From positions 142,448 to 206,447 of the forward strand of contig JABJKG010000006.1 of the NCBI GenBank assembly GCA_018660415.1: a stretch of 64,000 nt of DNA, in the 5' to 3' direction. The notes under the pieces are model-generated. The model was not told where the DNA came from. It saw only the letters and a program-made list of their open reading frames with translations, and ran no database searches. Each line of letters starts with the position of its first letter. The stretch's first letter is position 1. Made by a program: the position numbers and the translations under genes. Below are positions 1 through 9,991 of this stretch, one piece after another. The DNA comes from a bacterium. Its GTDB lineage: Bacteria; Babelota; Babeliae; Babelales; UBA12409.

Positions 1-709
1 ACTTTGCTTTTCTAAAAAGGAATCTATAACATTCTCTACACTGAATGAGCTTATTCTGTTTTAAGCTAAGAAGGTCTTGAGCGGTTAAAGGATAAAAACA
101 TGAACTACACGTATCTTGATCGACATAGGAGATAGGATGTGTATCTTGTGCTCGGATCATATTATATTTTTCGAGCCATTCTTGAGGGATACCTTCTTCT
201 TGTGGTCGACGTTCATGAGCGAGTTCTTCTACAACTTTTTCAACTTCAGCAAGCTTGGCTTGATGTTCTTGAAGAGTAGTTTCAAGACCCTGTTTTTGCT
301 CATTGATTTCGCCTTCAAGCTGTGCAAAACTTTTTTGTTTGTGCTCAACCTTGTTCCATGAAGAAACCAAGACAGATTCAAGTTCATGTTGTTGAAGTTT
401 TAAGTAATCAATTTCTTTCTTGATTGATTTATACTCTTTATCTGTTTCCACTTGTTCAAGTTGTTTACTTTTAACCTTTTCTTTTTCGTCTAATTCTTTC
501 ATATCCAACTCATGTCGCTTCACACCTTGTTGTGCTTGTTCGAGTTGTTCTTTATTGATATTGAGCTTATCGTCGAGAGCTTTGATGTTGTTTTGAATAT
601 CAGCAATAGCTTTTTGTTCACTTTTTATTGCTGTATCGGTTTCGAAAAACTTCTGATCAAACTTAACCAAGTCAACGAGAGATTGAAGTTGTTTACTGTT
701 TTCTGCCAT
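1..709 (-). CDS. Coiled-coil protein with C-terminal C4 zinc ribbon (COG1579/DUF164-like); 3' end runs off the window
   Basis: It is absent from the ORF track because it has no stop inside the window. Hand translation of the reverse strand from the ATG at 709-707 gives MAENSKQLQSLVDLVKFDQKF..., a long heptad-rich K/E/Q region, then CSSC-x19-CRECYRF. The plus-strand ORFs 116..361 and 512..727 are low-complexity mirror artefacts of it. Confidence 0.6.
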   Translation of the reverse strand, partial: MAENSKQLQSLVDLVKFDQKFFETDTAIKSEQKAIADIQNNIKALDDKLNINKEQLEQAQQGVKRHELDMKELDEKEKVKSKQLEQVETDKEYKSIKKEIDYLKLQQHELESVLVSSWNKVEHKQKSFAQLEGEINEQKQGLETTLQEHQAKLAEVEKVVEELAHERRPQEEGIPQEWLEKYNMIRAQDTHPISYVDQDTCSSCFYPLTAQDLLSLKQNKLIQCRECYRFLFRKAK

Positions 710-760
710 GAGTTGTTCCTTTTCTGAGGTACTATTGAAATAGGCGAAAATTTTAAAAGC

Positions 761-837
761 TGGTGGGCCCACCAGGACTTGAACCTGGGACCTTTCGGTT
801 ATGAGCCGACTGCTCTAACCAACTGAGCTATGGGCCC
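761..837 (-). tRNA. tRNA with CAT anticodon (elongator Met, or Ile2 if lysidine-modified); CCA encoded
   Basis: Hand-folded cloverleaf on the reverse strand: GGGCCCA/TGGGCCC acceptor, GCTC/GAGC D stem, anticodon loop CTCATAA, T arm CCAGG-TTCAAGT-CCTGG, then A-CCA. G1-C72 is paired, so it is not an initiator. tilS is present in this window, so a lysidine tRNA-Ile2 must exist somewhere in the genome. Confidence 0.85.
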
Positions 838-986
838 TTAAAACGTTGCTACTTAAACATTTCATGTTAATAAAATTATAGTGCACAACCGTCCATTTGT
901 GAAGTTTTTCTCGAAGATCTAGTTTTAATAAGGAAAAAAGTGCTACAACTAAGGATAAGATTTTATAATCACTATAAGGGATAAAA

Positions 987-1703
987 ATGGATAGAAAGGC
1001 GATTAGAAGGCAAATTATCATCTGGATACTGCTTGCATTGGTCATAATCGGTGGAATAATATATTTTACCAAGTTTAGAAGTTTCTTCTCGTTAGACACG
1101 ATTCAACGATACCGAACTGAGCTTTTGAATGCTGTAGAACATCACTATGTCTTATCGGTTATAGTCTATATATTAGCCTACATTCTCCTTACCCTATCTT
1201 CATTGCCCGTTCCTGGTGTTTTGACCATGGTTGGCGGGTTTATGTACGGACTGGTATGGGGGATGGTTTTTGCCAATATAGCAGCTTTTTCAGCGTCCAT
1301 TTTGATTTTCCTTATTGTACGTCATGTCCTTGGGAAGCGATTGCAAGAGCGATATTCTAAGCGATTTAAGCGCTTTAATAATATGATAGGGAAACATGGT
1401 GCTAGCTACTTACTCCTGATCCAGCTGATAGCTATATTCCCGTACTTTGTTGTCGCTTTTGCTGCAGGGATGATTACTCAGATTTCCATGCTTACGTTTA
1501 TGTGGACGACTGCCATCGGGATTTTACCAGGTTCATACATTTATGCTTTTGCAGGACAAAAGATTGGAACGATTAACAAAGTTTCTGATATTTTTACACC
1601 AGAGTTTTATGTTGCTATGGGGATCTTTATTGCTGTTATTTTATTGGCGACCTGGTGGCGTAAGCATTATATAGACAAGAAAGAAGAATCAAAGGAGGCC
1701 TAA
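987..1703 (+). CDS. TVP38/TMEM64 (DedA/SNARE-associated) family membrane protein
   Basis: The 238-aa protein has multiple hydrophobic helices and a DedA-like core (LPVPGVLTMVGGFMYG ... LLLIQLIAIFPYFVVAFAAGM). This is a family-level call made from sequence pattern memory. Confidence 0.6.
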   Translation: MDRKAIRRQIIIWILLALVIIGGIIYFTKFRSFFSLDTIQRYRTELLNAVEHHYVLSVIVYILAYILLTLSSLPVPGVLTMVGGFMYGLVWGMVFANIAAFSASILIFLIVRHVLGKRLQERYSKRFKRFNNMIGKHGASYLLLIQLIAIFPYFVVAFAAGMITQISMLTFMWTTAIGILPGSYIYAFAGQKIGTINKVSDIFTPEFYVAMGIFIAVILLATWWRKHYIDKKEESKEA

Positions 1704-1722
1704 GCCTCCCTTGAATTGTAGA

Positions 1723-2088
1723 TTACTTTTTTTTACGTCGTACAAGAGTTGGAGCGACTTCTAAGTGGTGAATGATGTCAGGTTGTCCCTCACGATGAAA
1801 AGTAATCGTTCCACCATTGTCAGTAGCTGTGTATGTTCTGGTAATTGGAGCAAGTGCTGGTAAGTCAATTTCTTTTATAGTTGTTTTGTTTGGTATGGCA
1901 TACTCTATGAATGCACCGCTAACTTCATAGTTACGAAGTGCAGGAAAAGTTACAGTAAAGTCTTTACCGGCCGTTACTTCGGTTAGAAATACTTTTTGTG
2001 CTTGTAGGATTGCCAGTGCTGAACCATTAGCTAATAATGTAAGTACTGTTGCTAGATACGTTTTTTTTCTAAAATTTAATTTATACAT
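1723..2088 (-). CDS. Hypothetical secreted protein
   Basis: The 121-aa protein has an N-terminal signal-like segment (KKTYLATVLTLLANGSALAILQAQ). I recognise no conserved motif. Confidence 0.45.
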   Translation of the reverse strand: MYKLNFRKKTYLATVLTLLANGSALAILQAQKVFLTEVTAGKDFTVTFPALRNYEVSGAFIEYAIPNKTTIKEIDLPALAPITRTYTATDNGGTITFHREGQPDIIHHLEVAPTLVRRKKK

Positions 2089-2166
2089 ACTGATTTCCCC
2101 TTAAAACTTTATGTAGTTGTATTGTATAAACAAAAGTATCATTTTACTTAAAGTAAAAGCAACAGA

Positions 2167-3186
2167 TTAAGGAGTGCTTAAGAGAAAGTCTTTTAAGCGC
2201 TGGCAGTATGCCCATTCATTATCATACCATCCTGATACTTTGCCCATGTTGCCTTGTGCTTGGGTAAGAAGACCGTCAATAACAATAGACTCATTAGATT
2301 CATTATAATCGCTTGAGACTAATGGTTCATGGTTAATGGATAGAATGTTTTGTAGGTCTTGTGTGCTAGCGTTTTCAAATGCTTGATTAATAATGGTCGG
2401 ATCAATATTTTTCTCGGTTGTGAAAACGACATCGAGGAGTGATACTTTAGCGAGAGGGATGCGTACAGCCGAGCCGATAGTTTTTCCGTCCAATTCAGGT
2501 AATATTTTGCCAATTACTTTTGATGCACCAGTTGTTGTTGGAATACAGTTGAGTGCCGCAGCTCTAGAATTACGAATCTCTTTTTTTTCTACATCCAAAA
2601 GGACCTGGGAGTTGGTATATGAATGAATTGTAGTAAAGATTGCGTTCTGAATTTCAAAGTTATCATGAAGGACTTTTAGCATTGGGGCTAAGGCGTTGGT
2701 AGTACAGCTGCCAAGTGAAACGATATGATGTTCACCTGGTTTATAGCAATCATGATTAACACCTGGGATGATAGTAACATCTTCGTCGGTGGCCGGTGCC
2801 GTAATGAGAATGTTTTTAGCTCCAGCATTAAGATGTTTCTGTGCTAAGTTGCGTTTAGTAAATTGACCACTTGCTTCTACGACCCAATCAATATCAAGGG
2901 CTTTCCAGTCAAGTTCAGCAGGATCTAATGATCGAACAATCTTGATCTTATGGTTATTGATTACTAAGAAATCACCTTCCATCGTAACATCGCCCTTAAA
3001 AGTGCCTAAGAGAGTATCATACTTAAATGAATAGGCGGTATGGCTTACATCGCAAGGACCGATGTTGATAGCTACCGGCTTAAGCTCTTTTAATGCTTGT
3101 GGGTCTTGGAATAGTACGCGTAAGAAGTTTTTTCCAATACGACCAAATCCGTTAATGGCGATATTTTTCATCAAAGGTTTCTCCAA
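2167..3186 (-). CDS. gap: Glyceraldehyde-3-phosphate dehydrogenase
   Basis: It has the NGFGRIGKNFLR Rossmann motif, the catalytic SCTTNALAP motif and the WYDNEWAY C-terminal motif. Confidence 0.95.
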   Translation of the reverse strand: MEKPLMKNIAINGFGRIGKNFLRVLFQDPQALKELKPVAINIGPCDVSHTAYSFKYDTLLGTFKGDVTMEGDFLVINNHKIKIVRSLDPAELDWKALDIDWVVEASGQFTKRNLAQKHLNAGAKNILITAPATDEDVTIIPGVNHDCYKPGEHHIVSLGSCTTNALAPMLKVLHDNFEIQNAIFTTIHSYTNSQVLLDVEKKEIRNSRAAALNCIPTTTGASKVIGKILPELDGKTIGSAVRIPLAKVSLLDVVFTTEKNIDPTIINQAFENASTQDLQNILSINHEPLVSSDYNESNESIVIDGLLTQAQGNMGKVSGWYDNEWAYCQRLKDFLLSTP

Positions 3187-4001
3187 CTTTTTACTAACTC
3201 TACTGCATCAATTTCTTCCTGTTGGGTGACCACAGGGAGTTCTAATATAATAGGGATATCTTTTAAGGCTTCTTGATTAACAAACTGTTTTAAGGCTTCA
3301 CTTCCTATGTTTCCATGTCCGGGAGCCGCATGTCTATCTATTTTTTTCCCAAGTTCTTCTGGCGTGTCATTCAAATGAATTAATCCGACTTTATCAATGC
3401 CGACAACGTCATCAATGAGCTGGATAAATTCGACTTGCCCCTCGGGGGTGGAAATGTCATATCCATATCCATATGCATGAGAAGTATCAATACATAGTTG
3501 AACATTGTCTGTTGTGGCAAGTTGCGAAAATATCTCCTTAAAATCATTAAGGTCACTTCCGATGCAGTTATTGGCATGGGTGGTATTTTCTAAGAGGATG
3601 GTGACGGATGGATATTTTTTCATGATGGTATTCAGGCGTTCTACTAGAATAGCGATTCCGTCCTGTTTGCACTCTTTTTTATTATCAAAGCCTACAGCAG
3701 CACCAGGGTGAATAATAAGTTTGGTTAGCCCTAACTGTAAGGCCAAGGTGAGTTCACGTTCTAGAGCACGCATTCCATGGTTAGCTTTGCTTGATAGGTT
3801 AACCCAGTATGACGTGTGAATAAAGATGGATTCAAATTGTTGTTTGAGCTTTTTAAATTGTTCAATTTCTTCCGGAGCAATTCGTATTCGTTTTCCTTCA
3901 GAGTTAATCAAAAAAGTTTGAAATATTGGTATATCCATACGTATAGCTGCATTTATAGCATTGGTGATCGTATCGTGTAATCGGATATGGGTGCCTACCA
4001 C
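3171..4001 (-). CDS. nfo: Endonuclease IV (AP endonuclease, Nfo family)
   Basis: The 276-aa protein looks like a TIM-barrel AP endonuclease (HTSYWVNL, IHPGA, LLENT, CIDTSHAYGYGYD, IHLNDT). It starts at a GTG, and its 3' end overlaps the gap start by 16 nt. Confidence 0.85.
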   Translation of the reverse strand: MVGTHIRLHDTITNAINAAIRMDIPIFQTFLINSEGKRIRIAPEEIEQFKKLKQQFESIFIHTSYWVNLSSKANHGMRALERELTLALQLGLTKLIIHPGAAVGFDNKKECKQDGIAILVERLNTIMKKYPSVTILLENTTHANNCIGSDLNDFKEIFSQLATTDNVQLCIDTSHAYGYGYDISTPEGQVEFIQLIDDVVGIDKVGLIHLNDTPEELGKKIDRHAAPGHGNIGSEALKQFVNQEALKDIPIILELPVVTQQEEIDAVELVKSWRNL

Positions 4002-4013
4002 GTGTATTACCTT

Positions 4014-5414
4014 TTATAATTTAAAAGCAGTTTTCAAGTCATTACTATCAAGATGTTTTCTTAAGGCAGTATAGAAGTCCTTCTTAATATGAGCAAGTGT
4101 AACCGGATTCATACTTTCAAATCGTAAGGATAAAACTGGTTCCGTATTAGAAGGGCGAATGAGTCCCCAACCGTATGGCATAAGTGCGCAAATGCCATCC
4201 AGGGTGGTTATATTACTGTCAGGGTTATCGGAAAAATATTTTTTAACATGTTCGATAATTACATCTTTTTGTTTGGGTTCATATGGAATTCGTAATGCAG
4301 AACCAAATCGCTTAGGGAGTTTTTCATAATGTATTTGTAATGTTTGTTGTGATGAAATCAGAACAGAGAATAGCCGCAACATGGCATAAATGCCATCATC
4401 AAAACCAAAATACTTATCTGCAAAACAAAAATGACAGCTCAGTTCAATGCCCAGGAGCGCGTTGGATTTTTTCATTGCTTGTTTAATGTAGGCATGTCCT
4501 ACACGGCTAGTTATATTGGTGATGTCTATTTGTTTGAGCCAATCAATTAAGACGTGCGAAAAGGTTACATCGGTAACGATAGAGCATTCTTTATTGGATT
4601 TTTTTATTTCTGTAGCAAATATTGATCCAAGGTCGTCACCAACAAGGTGTACCCCTTTTTCGGTTATAGCGCTCATACGATCAGCATCACCATCAAATCC
4701 AATACCGACATGGTTAGGATATTTTTTTAATTCTTTTTTTAGCTGTGCAAGATTTTTTATATTGGTTGGGTCAGCTTGATGATCGGGATTAGCGGAAACA
4801 TTTTCATAGATAAGGTGGACATTCTTCCACTCAAACTTTTCTTTTAAAAGAGGGAGAACGCTTCCTGCGGTGCCATTAGCGCAATCTATGACAGCTTGAA
4901 CATCGCTACTGCCAACCAGCTCTGGAAACTGCTCTACTAGATAGTATACGTAATCGACTCCTAGATCGTGACTAATCAATGATCCTTTGAGTGAGCTGGT
5001 AAGAACGCGCTTGGTTTGGTAGTACTGTTCAATGCGTTGAATTTCATCACCAAAGACTGAATTTTTATTGAGCATTAATTTTAAGCCGTTATATTCTGGT
5101 GGATTGTGTGAAGCTGTGATCATGAGTCCGCCTTGAACCGGAAGTTTTTCCTGTGCAAAGTACATGATTGGAGTCGTACAAACTCCTAAGTTAATTACAT
5201 TAATTCCACTATCCATGAACCCGCGGGAGAGTTCATCAAAGATTGAAAGAGAGTGTGAGCGTCCATCGCGGCCAATAGCGACAGTGGTTAGGTTGGGGTT
5301 GTGTTCTTTATAGTAAAACGCTAACGCTTGAGCAAGATTGTATACATTTTCTAGAACGAGTTCGCTTCCTACTATTCCTCGAATGTCATATACTTTAAAT
5401 ATTGAACTTTGCAT
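4014..5414 (-). CDS. Phosphomannomutase/phosphoglucomutase (alpha-D-phosphohexomutase family)
   Basis: It has the TASHNPPEYNGLK phosphoserine loop, the GFDGDADR metal-binding loop and a C-terminal RPSNTEP sugar-phosphate loop. Confidence 0.9.
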   Translation of the reverse strand: MQSSIFKVYDIRGIVGSELVLENVYNLAQALAFYYKEHNPNLTTVAIGRDGRSHSLSIFDELSRGFMDSGINVINLGVCTTPIMYFAQEKLPVQGGLMITASHNPPEYNGLKLMLNKNSVFGDEIQRIEQYYQTKRVLTSSLKGSLISHDLGVDYVYYLVEQFPELVGSSDVQAVIDCANGTAGSVLPLLKEKFEWKNVHLIYENVSANPDHQADPTNIKNLAQLKKELKKYPNHVGIGFDGDADRMSAITEKGVHLVGDDLGSIFATEIKKSNKECSIVTDVTFSHVLIDWLKQIDITNITSRVGHAYIKQAMKKSNALLGIELSCHFCFADKYFGFDDGIYAMLRLFSVLISSQQTLQIHYEKLPKRFGSALRIPYEPKQKDVIIEHVKKYFSDNPDSNITTLDGICALMPYGWGLIRPSNTEPVLSLRFESMNPVTLAHIKKDFYTALRKHLDSNDLKTAFKL

Positions 5415-5493
5415 ATGAATCCTTTTTTAAAAGAAGGGTGTATATTTTGTAAATGAGTATAACTTTTTTTTGTAAATTTGTATTGAGGTTATT

Positions 5494-8205
5494 ATGATTC
5501 CTTTATTATTGCAGTTAAAAAACTTTATGAGTTATGGATCTCAATTACAAGAAATAAACTTTACTCCCTATAGCCTTATTTGTTTGTCGGGACGCAATGG
5601 TCATGGTAAGTCGGCATTGCTTGATGCTATTACGTGGGCAGTGTGGGGACAAGCCAGAAAAACAAATGGAAATACTAAACCTGACCAAGGATTATTGCGG
5701 CTGGGTACCGATAACATGGTTGTCGTGTTTGAATTTGAGTTTAATGGTAATCGCTATCGAATACGTCGAGAAGTTTCATTTAGTTACGGCAAATCATATG
5801 CATTACTAGACTTTGGCATGTTTGATGTGAATAATAGCCTTATTTCGCTTACGGAAAAAACTATTCGGATGACTCAAGATAAAATTGAAAGTATGATCGG
5901 TCTTGATTATACCGCTTATATTAATTCAGCGTTCTTGCGGCAAGGTCACTCGAATGAGTTTTCCAAGAAAAATCCACGCGAGAGAAAAGAAATTCTGGGC
6001 TCAGTACTTGGTTTAGATAAATTTGAAACGTTGAAAAAGAAAGCCATTGATAAAGGGAAGTCATTACAATCGGATAAAAGAAGTCTTGTTCGCTTGTTTG
6101 AGCACATGGAAAGTAAGATGGAGCGTGTTGATCAGTTAAAACAAGAGCAGGTGGCTTTAGCTCAACAGTTTACAATAGTAAATCAGCGTGAAAAGGATAT
6201 TTCAGCTCAACAAACAGAGTTGGAAAAGATTGAGAAACAGCTTAATGATCAAGAGCAGGCTAAGGCCGTTATTGCTGCAAAACTTGAACAATGTGTAAAG
6301 CAAGAGTCTATTCAGATGGAACAGCTTGATACATTGCGTACTGAGTGGAAGAAAGTTCATCGTGTACGCTTAGAGGCTAAAGATTATGAAGCCTTACAAA
6401 AGGCTAAACAAGCTTTAACTCAGAAGCTTGTTATGTTACAGGAAAAACAGCGCAAACAACTGAAGTTAAAAGAAGAATTATTACAGCGAAAAGAAAGCAT
6501 ACAACAATTAACTCATACGCTACAAAAAACATTTCAAGATCAAGAGCATAAGCAACAAGCTATAATCAATCAAATGGAACTAGAGGTTGAAAATAACCGA
6601 GTGCGCTTGAATGAGATTGATAAAAAAAAGAGCACACATGAGCAGTTGATTGTACAAGAAGATAAACAAATAAAAAAGTTGCAGGAGTTGATCTTAGCTG
6701 CAAGTAAGAAACTTTCTACTAAGGACGCCTTTCAGCAGTTGTTTGATAAAAAGCGGGATTGTTATCAACGGTTTATAACCATGTATAATACTTTTCATCG
6801 TGAAATGCAGGAATTAAAACATAAACAATCTTTTTCGCACGATGCTGAAAATCCCAGTTGTCCATTATGTGAACAAAATTTATCGGCCTCTCGGAAACGA
6901 TTTTTAAAATCCAAGCTGGAAAAGCGATTCAGCTGGCTTACTCATCGTCTTGCTCGTTTAAAAAAATTAGTAGAAACTACAAAAAAAGAGTTAATACAGG
7001 AGCATCCTGAGCTACAAAGATTACTAGAGCTAGAAAAGAAGGATGCTATTGATCAAATGAGGTTCAAAGAGCATCAAGTTGTATTACAAAAAACACAAGA
7101 AGAGTTTCAACAACTGGCTGCTACTGTCAAGCTTATGACGGTGGCTCTTAAAGATAAAGAAGGTTTGTTGCTTGGAAGTAAGACTAAGCTTAAAGAGTTA
7201 CAAACTCGTAATGTTTTGGACAATGATGTTGAATACAAAAAACAGAATGATTTGTTTCTAAAGTTGGAAAAAGAGTTTCAACAGTTGCGCTATGATCCAC
7301 AAGAGTATCAACAGGTTGTAGTGGATTTAAAAAAGCTGGAAGATAGTCTTGAAAAAGTAGAAAACATTGATTCTTATATTGCTATGCAAGCTAACCGTGT
7401 GGCCACTATTAAACAAGTCATACAATTGATAAAATCTATACGCAAAGAACGTTTGTCTTTACAAGACAAGCATGATGCGTTTGCTCAATTAGAACAGGAC
7501 CGAAAAGCATACCAAGTTAAAAAAACGACATTTGCAGCATATCAAAAAGAGGTTGCTCAAGAGAAAGAAAAGGTTGTTCAGGAGCAGGGGCGCTTGGATA
7601 GTGACAAAAAGCTCTTGGAACAAACTGAAAAAGAATTGAAAAAAAATAAGATCGAGATTGATAAGGTCGATCTACAAATTGATGAGTATAAAGCTATTAC
7701 TCAGGCATTGAGCAAGGATGGTATTCAAGCATTACTCATCGAGGACGCGATTCCAGAGATAGAGCACGAGGCTAATGAACTATTAGCTCGGTTAACAGAT
7801 AATCGTTCCCAAATTTTTATTGAATCACTGCGAGACTTAAAGGACGGTGGCACCAAAGAAACATTAGATATCAAGATCTCAGATAGTGCCGGACTTAGGC
7901 CTTATGAGATGTTTTCTGGTGGTGAAGCATTCCGTATTGACTTTGCTTTGCGTATAGCGATTTCTAAGCTCCTGGCACGCCGTGCAGGAACATCTCTACA
8001 AACATTAATCGTAGATGAAGGGTTTGGCTCTCAGGATGAAGAGGGCTTAGTTAATATCATGGATGCCTTGCATAAGATACAAGACGATTTTGCCAAGATT
8101 ATTATTGTTTCCCACTTATCATCACTGAAAGAGCAATTTCCTGTCCATTTTGTTATAGATAAACAATCAACGGGAAGTAAGGTTATTATCCGTGAAAATG
8201 GGTAA
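5494..8205 (+). CDS. sbcC: SbcC/Rad50-family ATPase (long coiled coil with CxxC zinc hook)
   Basis: The N-terminal Walker A is GRNGHGKSALLDAITWAVWG. It is followed by roughly 650 aa of coiled coil with a central CPLCEQ hook. The C-terminal end carries the signature FSGGEAFR and Walker B LIVDEGFG. Confidence 0.85.
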   Translation: MIPLLLQLKNFMSYGSQLQEINFTPYSLICLSGRNGHGKSALLDAITWAVWGQARKTNGNTKPDQGLLRLGTDNMVVVFEFEFNGNRYRIRREVSFSYGKSYALLDFGMFDVNNSLISLTEKTIRMTQDKIESMIGLDYTAYINSAFLRQGHSNEFSKKNPRERKEILGSVLGLDKFETLKKKAIDKGKSLQSDKRSLVRLFEHMESKMERVDQLKQEQVALAQQFTIVNQREKDISAQQTELEKIEKQLNDQEQAKAVIAAKLEQCVKQESIQMEQLDTLRTEWKKVHRVRLEAKDYEALQKAKQALTQKLVMLQEKQRKQLKLKEELLQRKESIQQLTHTLQKTFQDQEHKQQAIINQMELEVENNRVRLNEIDKKKSTHEQLIVQEDKQIKKLQELILAASKKLSTKDAFQQLFDKKRDCYQRFITMYNTFHREMQELKHKQSFSHDAENPSCPLCEQNLSASRKRFLKSKLEKRFSWLTHRLARLKKLVETTKKELIQEHPELQRLLELEKKDAIDQMRFKEHQVVLQKTQEEFQQLAATVKLMTVALKDKEGLLLGSKTKLKELQTRNVLDNDVEYKKQNDLFLKLEKEFQQLRYDPQEYQQVVVDLKKLEDSLEKVENIDSYIAMQANRVATIKQVIQLIKSIRKERLSLQDKHDAFAQLEQDRKAYQVKKTTFAAYQKEVAQEKEKVVQEQGRLDSDKKLLEQTEKELKKNKIEIDKVDLQIDEYKAITQALSKDGIQALLIEDAIPEIEHEANELLARLTDNRSQIFIESLRDLKDGGTKETLDIKISDSAGLRPYEMFSGGEAFRIDFALRIAISKLLARRAGTSLQTLIVDEGFGSQDEEGLVNIMDALHKIQDDFAKIIIVSHLSSLKEQFPVHFVIDKQSTGSKVIIRENG

Positions 8206-8207
8206 TA

Positions 8208-8738
8208 TTACTCAGCAACTGGTTTTCCTGTCACGATATCTTTAACAAACCCAGGTGTTGCCCACGTTGCCCATGATGCTGCTTTTTTAACAGTCCATTT
8301 TACAGAATTTGGTGTGTGGTCCTGAATGTTATCCCATTTATCTTTTACGAATATAGCGATTTCTTCTTTTTTCTTCTCAATTGCTTCGTTGGCAATGTCG
8401 CTACCGTAATCGATTAAAGCGTTTGCACCTAGGTGACGAGTTATGATACATAAGGCTGCAGAAGCACCCATGCACACAGAGTTACGCGCAACTAATAACT
8501 TGCTTCGTTCATTTTTTTCTTTTCTGACTTCTTGAATGAGAAGATATGCAGAAGCCATGCCAGTAAAGATACCCATATAAAACAGGCTGTCATTCATTAA
8601 AATTCTAGTTTTTGGAGGTAAAGTTCCGTAAACCTCAGCTGCTCCGTTTAATATTGCTGTAGGTGAAACTACAGGCTTGTTTGTCAGGGGAGCCGCCAAA
8701 AAGAACGCTGTTAAAACAAAAATTAATCTTTTCTTCAT
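8208..8738 (-). CDS. Hypothetical signal-peptide membrane protein
   Basis: I placed the start at the MKKRLIFVLTAFFLAAP internal Met of the tracked ORF. The protein has two further Gly/Ala-rich hydrophobic segments. It is the first gene of a five-gene same-strand cluster of small secreted proteins. Confidence 0.5.
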   Translation of the reverse strand: MKKRLIFVLTAFFLAAPLTNKPVVSPTAILNGAAEVYGTLPPKTRILMNDSLFYMGIFTGMASAYLLIQEVRKEKNERSKLLVARNSVCMGASAALCIITRHLGANALIDYGSDIANEAIEKKKEEIAIFVKDKWDNIQDHTPNSVKWTVKKAASWATWATPGFVKDIVTGKPVAE

Positions 8739-8827
8739 AGGGAACCTCAATTTTATAGTTATATTATTCTTATATATAAGTATAAATCCTTTTAGATTTA
8801 GTGCAAAAGGCCCTATGGAATGGGGCT

Positions 8828-9322
8828 TTACTCTGCTTTTTCTATTCCCGTATTAGTGAGAGGAGGCACAAGAGATTCTAGGGTAGGCTGGAACTCTTTT
8901 TGGGCTTGCATAATAAGTTGGGTGAGCGTTACCTTACTGTCTGCAATGCCATCCAATATAATTTTAAAAACAAGCCCTACACCGGCCCCAGCTAGAAATA
9001 TCTTGAATCTGCGTAGAAATTTGTCTCTAGAGCTCAGATGACTGTGTGGGTGTTGATCTTTAGCTTCATTGGTTATAGTTGCAAATAGGGCATACATGGT
9101 TGGTACTAGCAGGCAAAAGCCTACAGTTTGCCTGGTTTCTGGGGACAATGAGTTAAACTGGGTAACGATACCGTTGGTCGCTCGACATGCACTAATACAG
9201 CCAAATGATGCTGCAGTATGTAACAAATCAAAAACTTTTTTAGTGTAAGAAGGGGGGAATTGGTCGGCGTTTATTTGGGTACTTATGATAAGGGAGAGTA
9301 TAATCAGAAAACTTTTTTTCAC
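8828..9322 (-). CDS. Hypothetical signal-peptide protein
   Basis: The 164-aa protein begins MKKSFLIILSLIISTQINA. It has hydrophobic segments VGFCLLVPTMYALFATI and IFLAGAGVGLVFKIIL. Confidence 0.5.
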   Translation of the reverse strand: MKKSFLIILSLIISTQINADQFPPSYTKKVFDLLHTAASFGCISACRATNGIVTQFNSLSPETRQTVGFCLLVPTMYALFATITNEAKDQHPHSHLSSRDKFLRRFKIFLAGAGVGLVFKIILDGIADSKVTLTQLIMQAQKEFQPTLESLVPPLTNTGIEKAE

Positions 9323-9392
9323 TGTTACTCCTTTAGTAGAAATGTTTTAAAAATCTATCAACGATTATAGTTTTCTTAGCGGTTTTTTACAA

Positions 9393-9428
9393 GCAAAGAA
9401 AAAGACGTGGTTTTTAGGACCACGTCTT
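9393..9428 (-). terminator. Rho-independent terminator downstream of 9449..9823
   Basis: A 9-bp stem, AAGACGTGG/CCACGTCTT, is followed on the minus strand by TTTTTCTTT. A near-identical copy lies at 9926-9961. Confidence 0.7.
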
Positions 9429-9448
9429 AATTGTATACTTTATTGATT

Positions 9449-9823
9449 TTAGTTGTCTTGATGGGTTGCCAAGTAAAGACCTGTAGCAGCTGCAGCAGTA
9501 GCAGCAGATGCTGTCATGGCTGTACCTAACGGGTTAGTGAAAAACCATTGAATGGTGTTTTTACCTGTCGTATACATTGCATAAGCTGAATTGGCTGCTT
9601 TTCTCAGAGCATAAACAGCTACTGGGTAGAGTAAGGCGCCAGTAGCGACTCCAGCTGCGTACTTACCGGAGGTAGTCGTTTCACCTATAGCGTCTATCCA
9701 GTCACCTGTAGTATCGAAAGCCACTTGTAGAGTATCTTCTCCAAGATACGCATTAGCTGTTTTAATTTCCAACATTGGAAGTATAAACACTGATAGCGCT
9801 AGGATTAATGATTTTTTTTTCAT
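9449..9823 (-). CDS. Small secreted paralog (family A), two Gly/Ala-rich hydrophobic lobes
   Basis: The signal peptide is MKKKSLILALSVFILPMLEIKTANA. It shares SGKYAAGVATGALLYP and WFFTNPLGTAMTASAATAAAATGLYL with the 9992..10378 protein. Confidence 0.6.
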   Translation of the reverse strand: MKKKSLILALSVFILPMLEIKTANAYLGEDTLQVAFDTTGDWIDAIGETTTSGKYAAGVATGALLYPVAVYALRKAANSAYAMYTTGKNTIQWFFTNPLGTAMTASAATAAAATGLYLATHQDN

Positions 9824-9925
9824 AGCATTGCTTTCTTAATAAACTATATAGTTAATCTGTTTTATTAAGTATGACAGGTGTTGTGCTTTAAAATCAATGG
9901 TTTTGTGTATGGTATGAAGGTTTTT

Positions 9926-9961
9926 GCAAAGAAAAAGACGTGGTCCTTAAAACCACGTCTT
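9926..9961 (-). terminator. Rho-independent terminator downstream of 9992..10378
   Basis: It has the same AAGACGTGG/CCACGTCTT stem as 9393-9428, followed by a T-run on the minus strand. Confidence 0.7.
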
Positions 9962-9991
9962 TATTTCTAGTATTTTACAGAGCTAAAACAG

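Noticed and set aside
116-727. Tracked plus-strand ORFs 116..361 and 512..727
   Set aside because: Their translations are Phe/Leu-rich low-complexity sequences. The opposite strand carries one continuous, sensible coiled-coil and zinc-ribbon ORF (1..709), so these are antisense shadows of it.
815-1099. Tracked minus-strand ORF of 94 aa
   Set aside because: It overlaps the tRNA gene at 761-837 and the start of the DedA-like gene. It has no plausible RBS or motif, so it is spurious.
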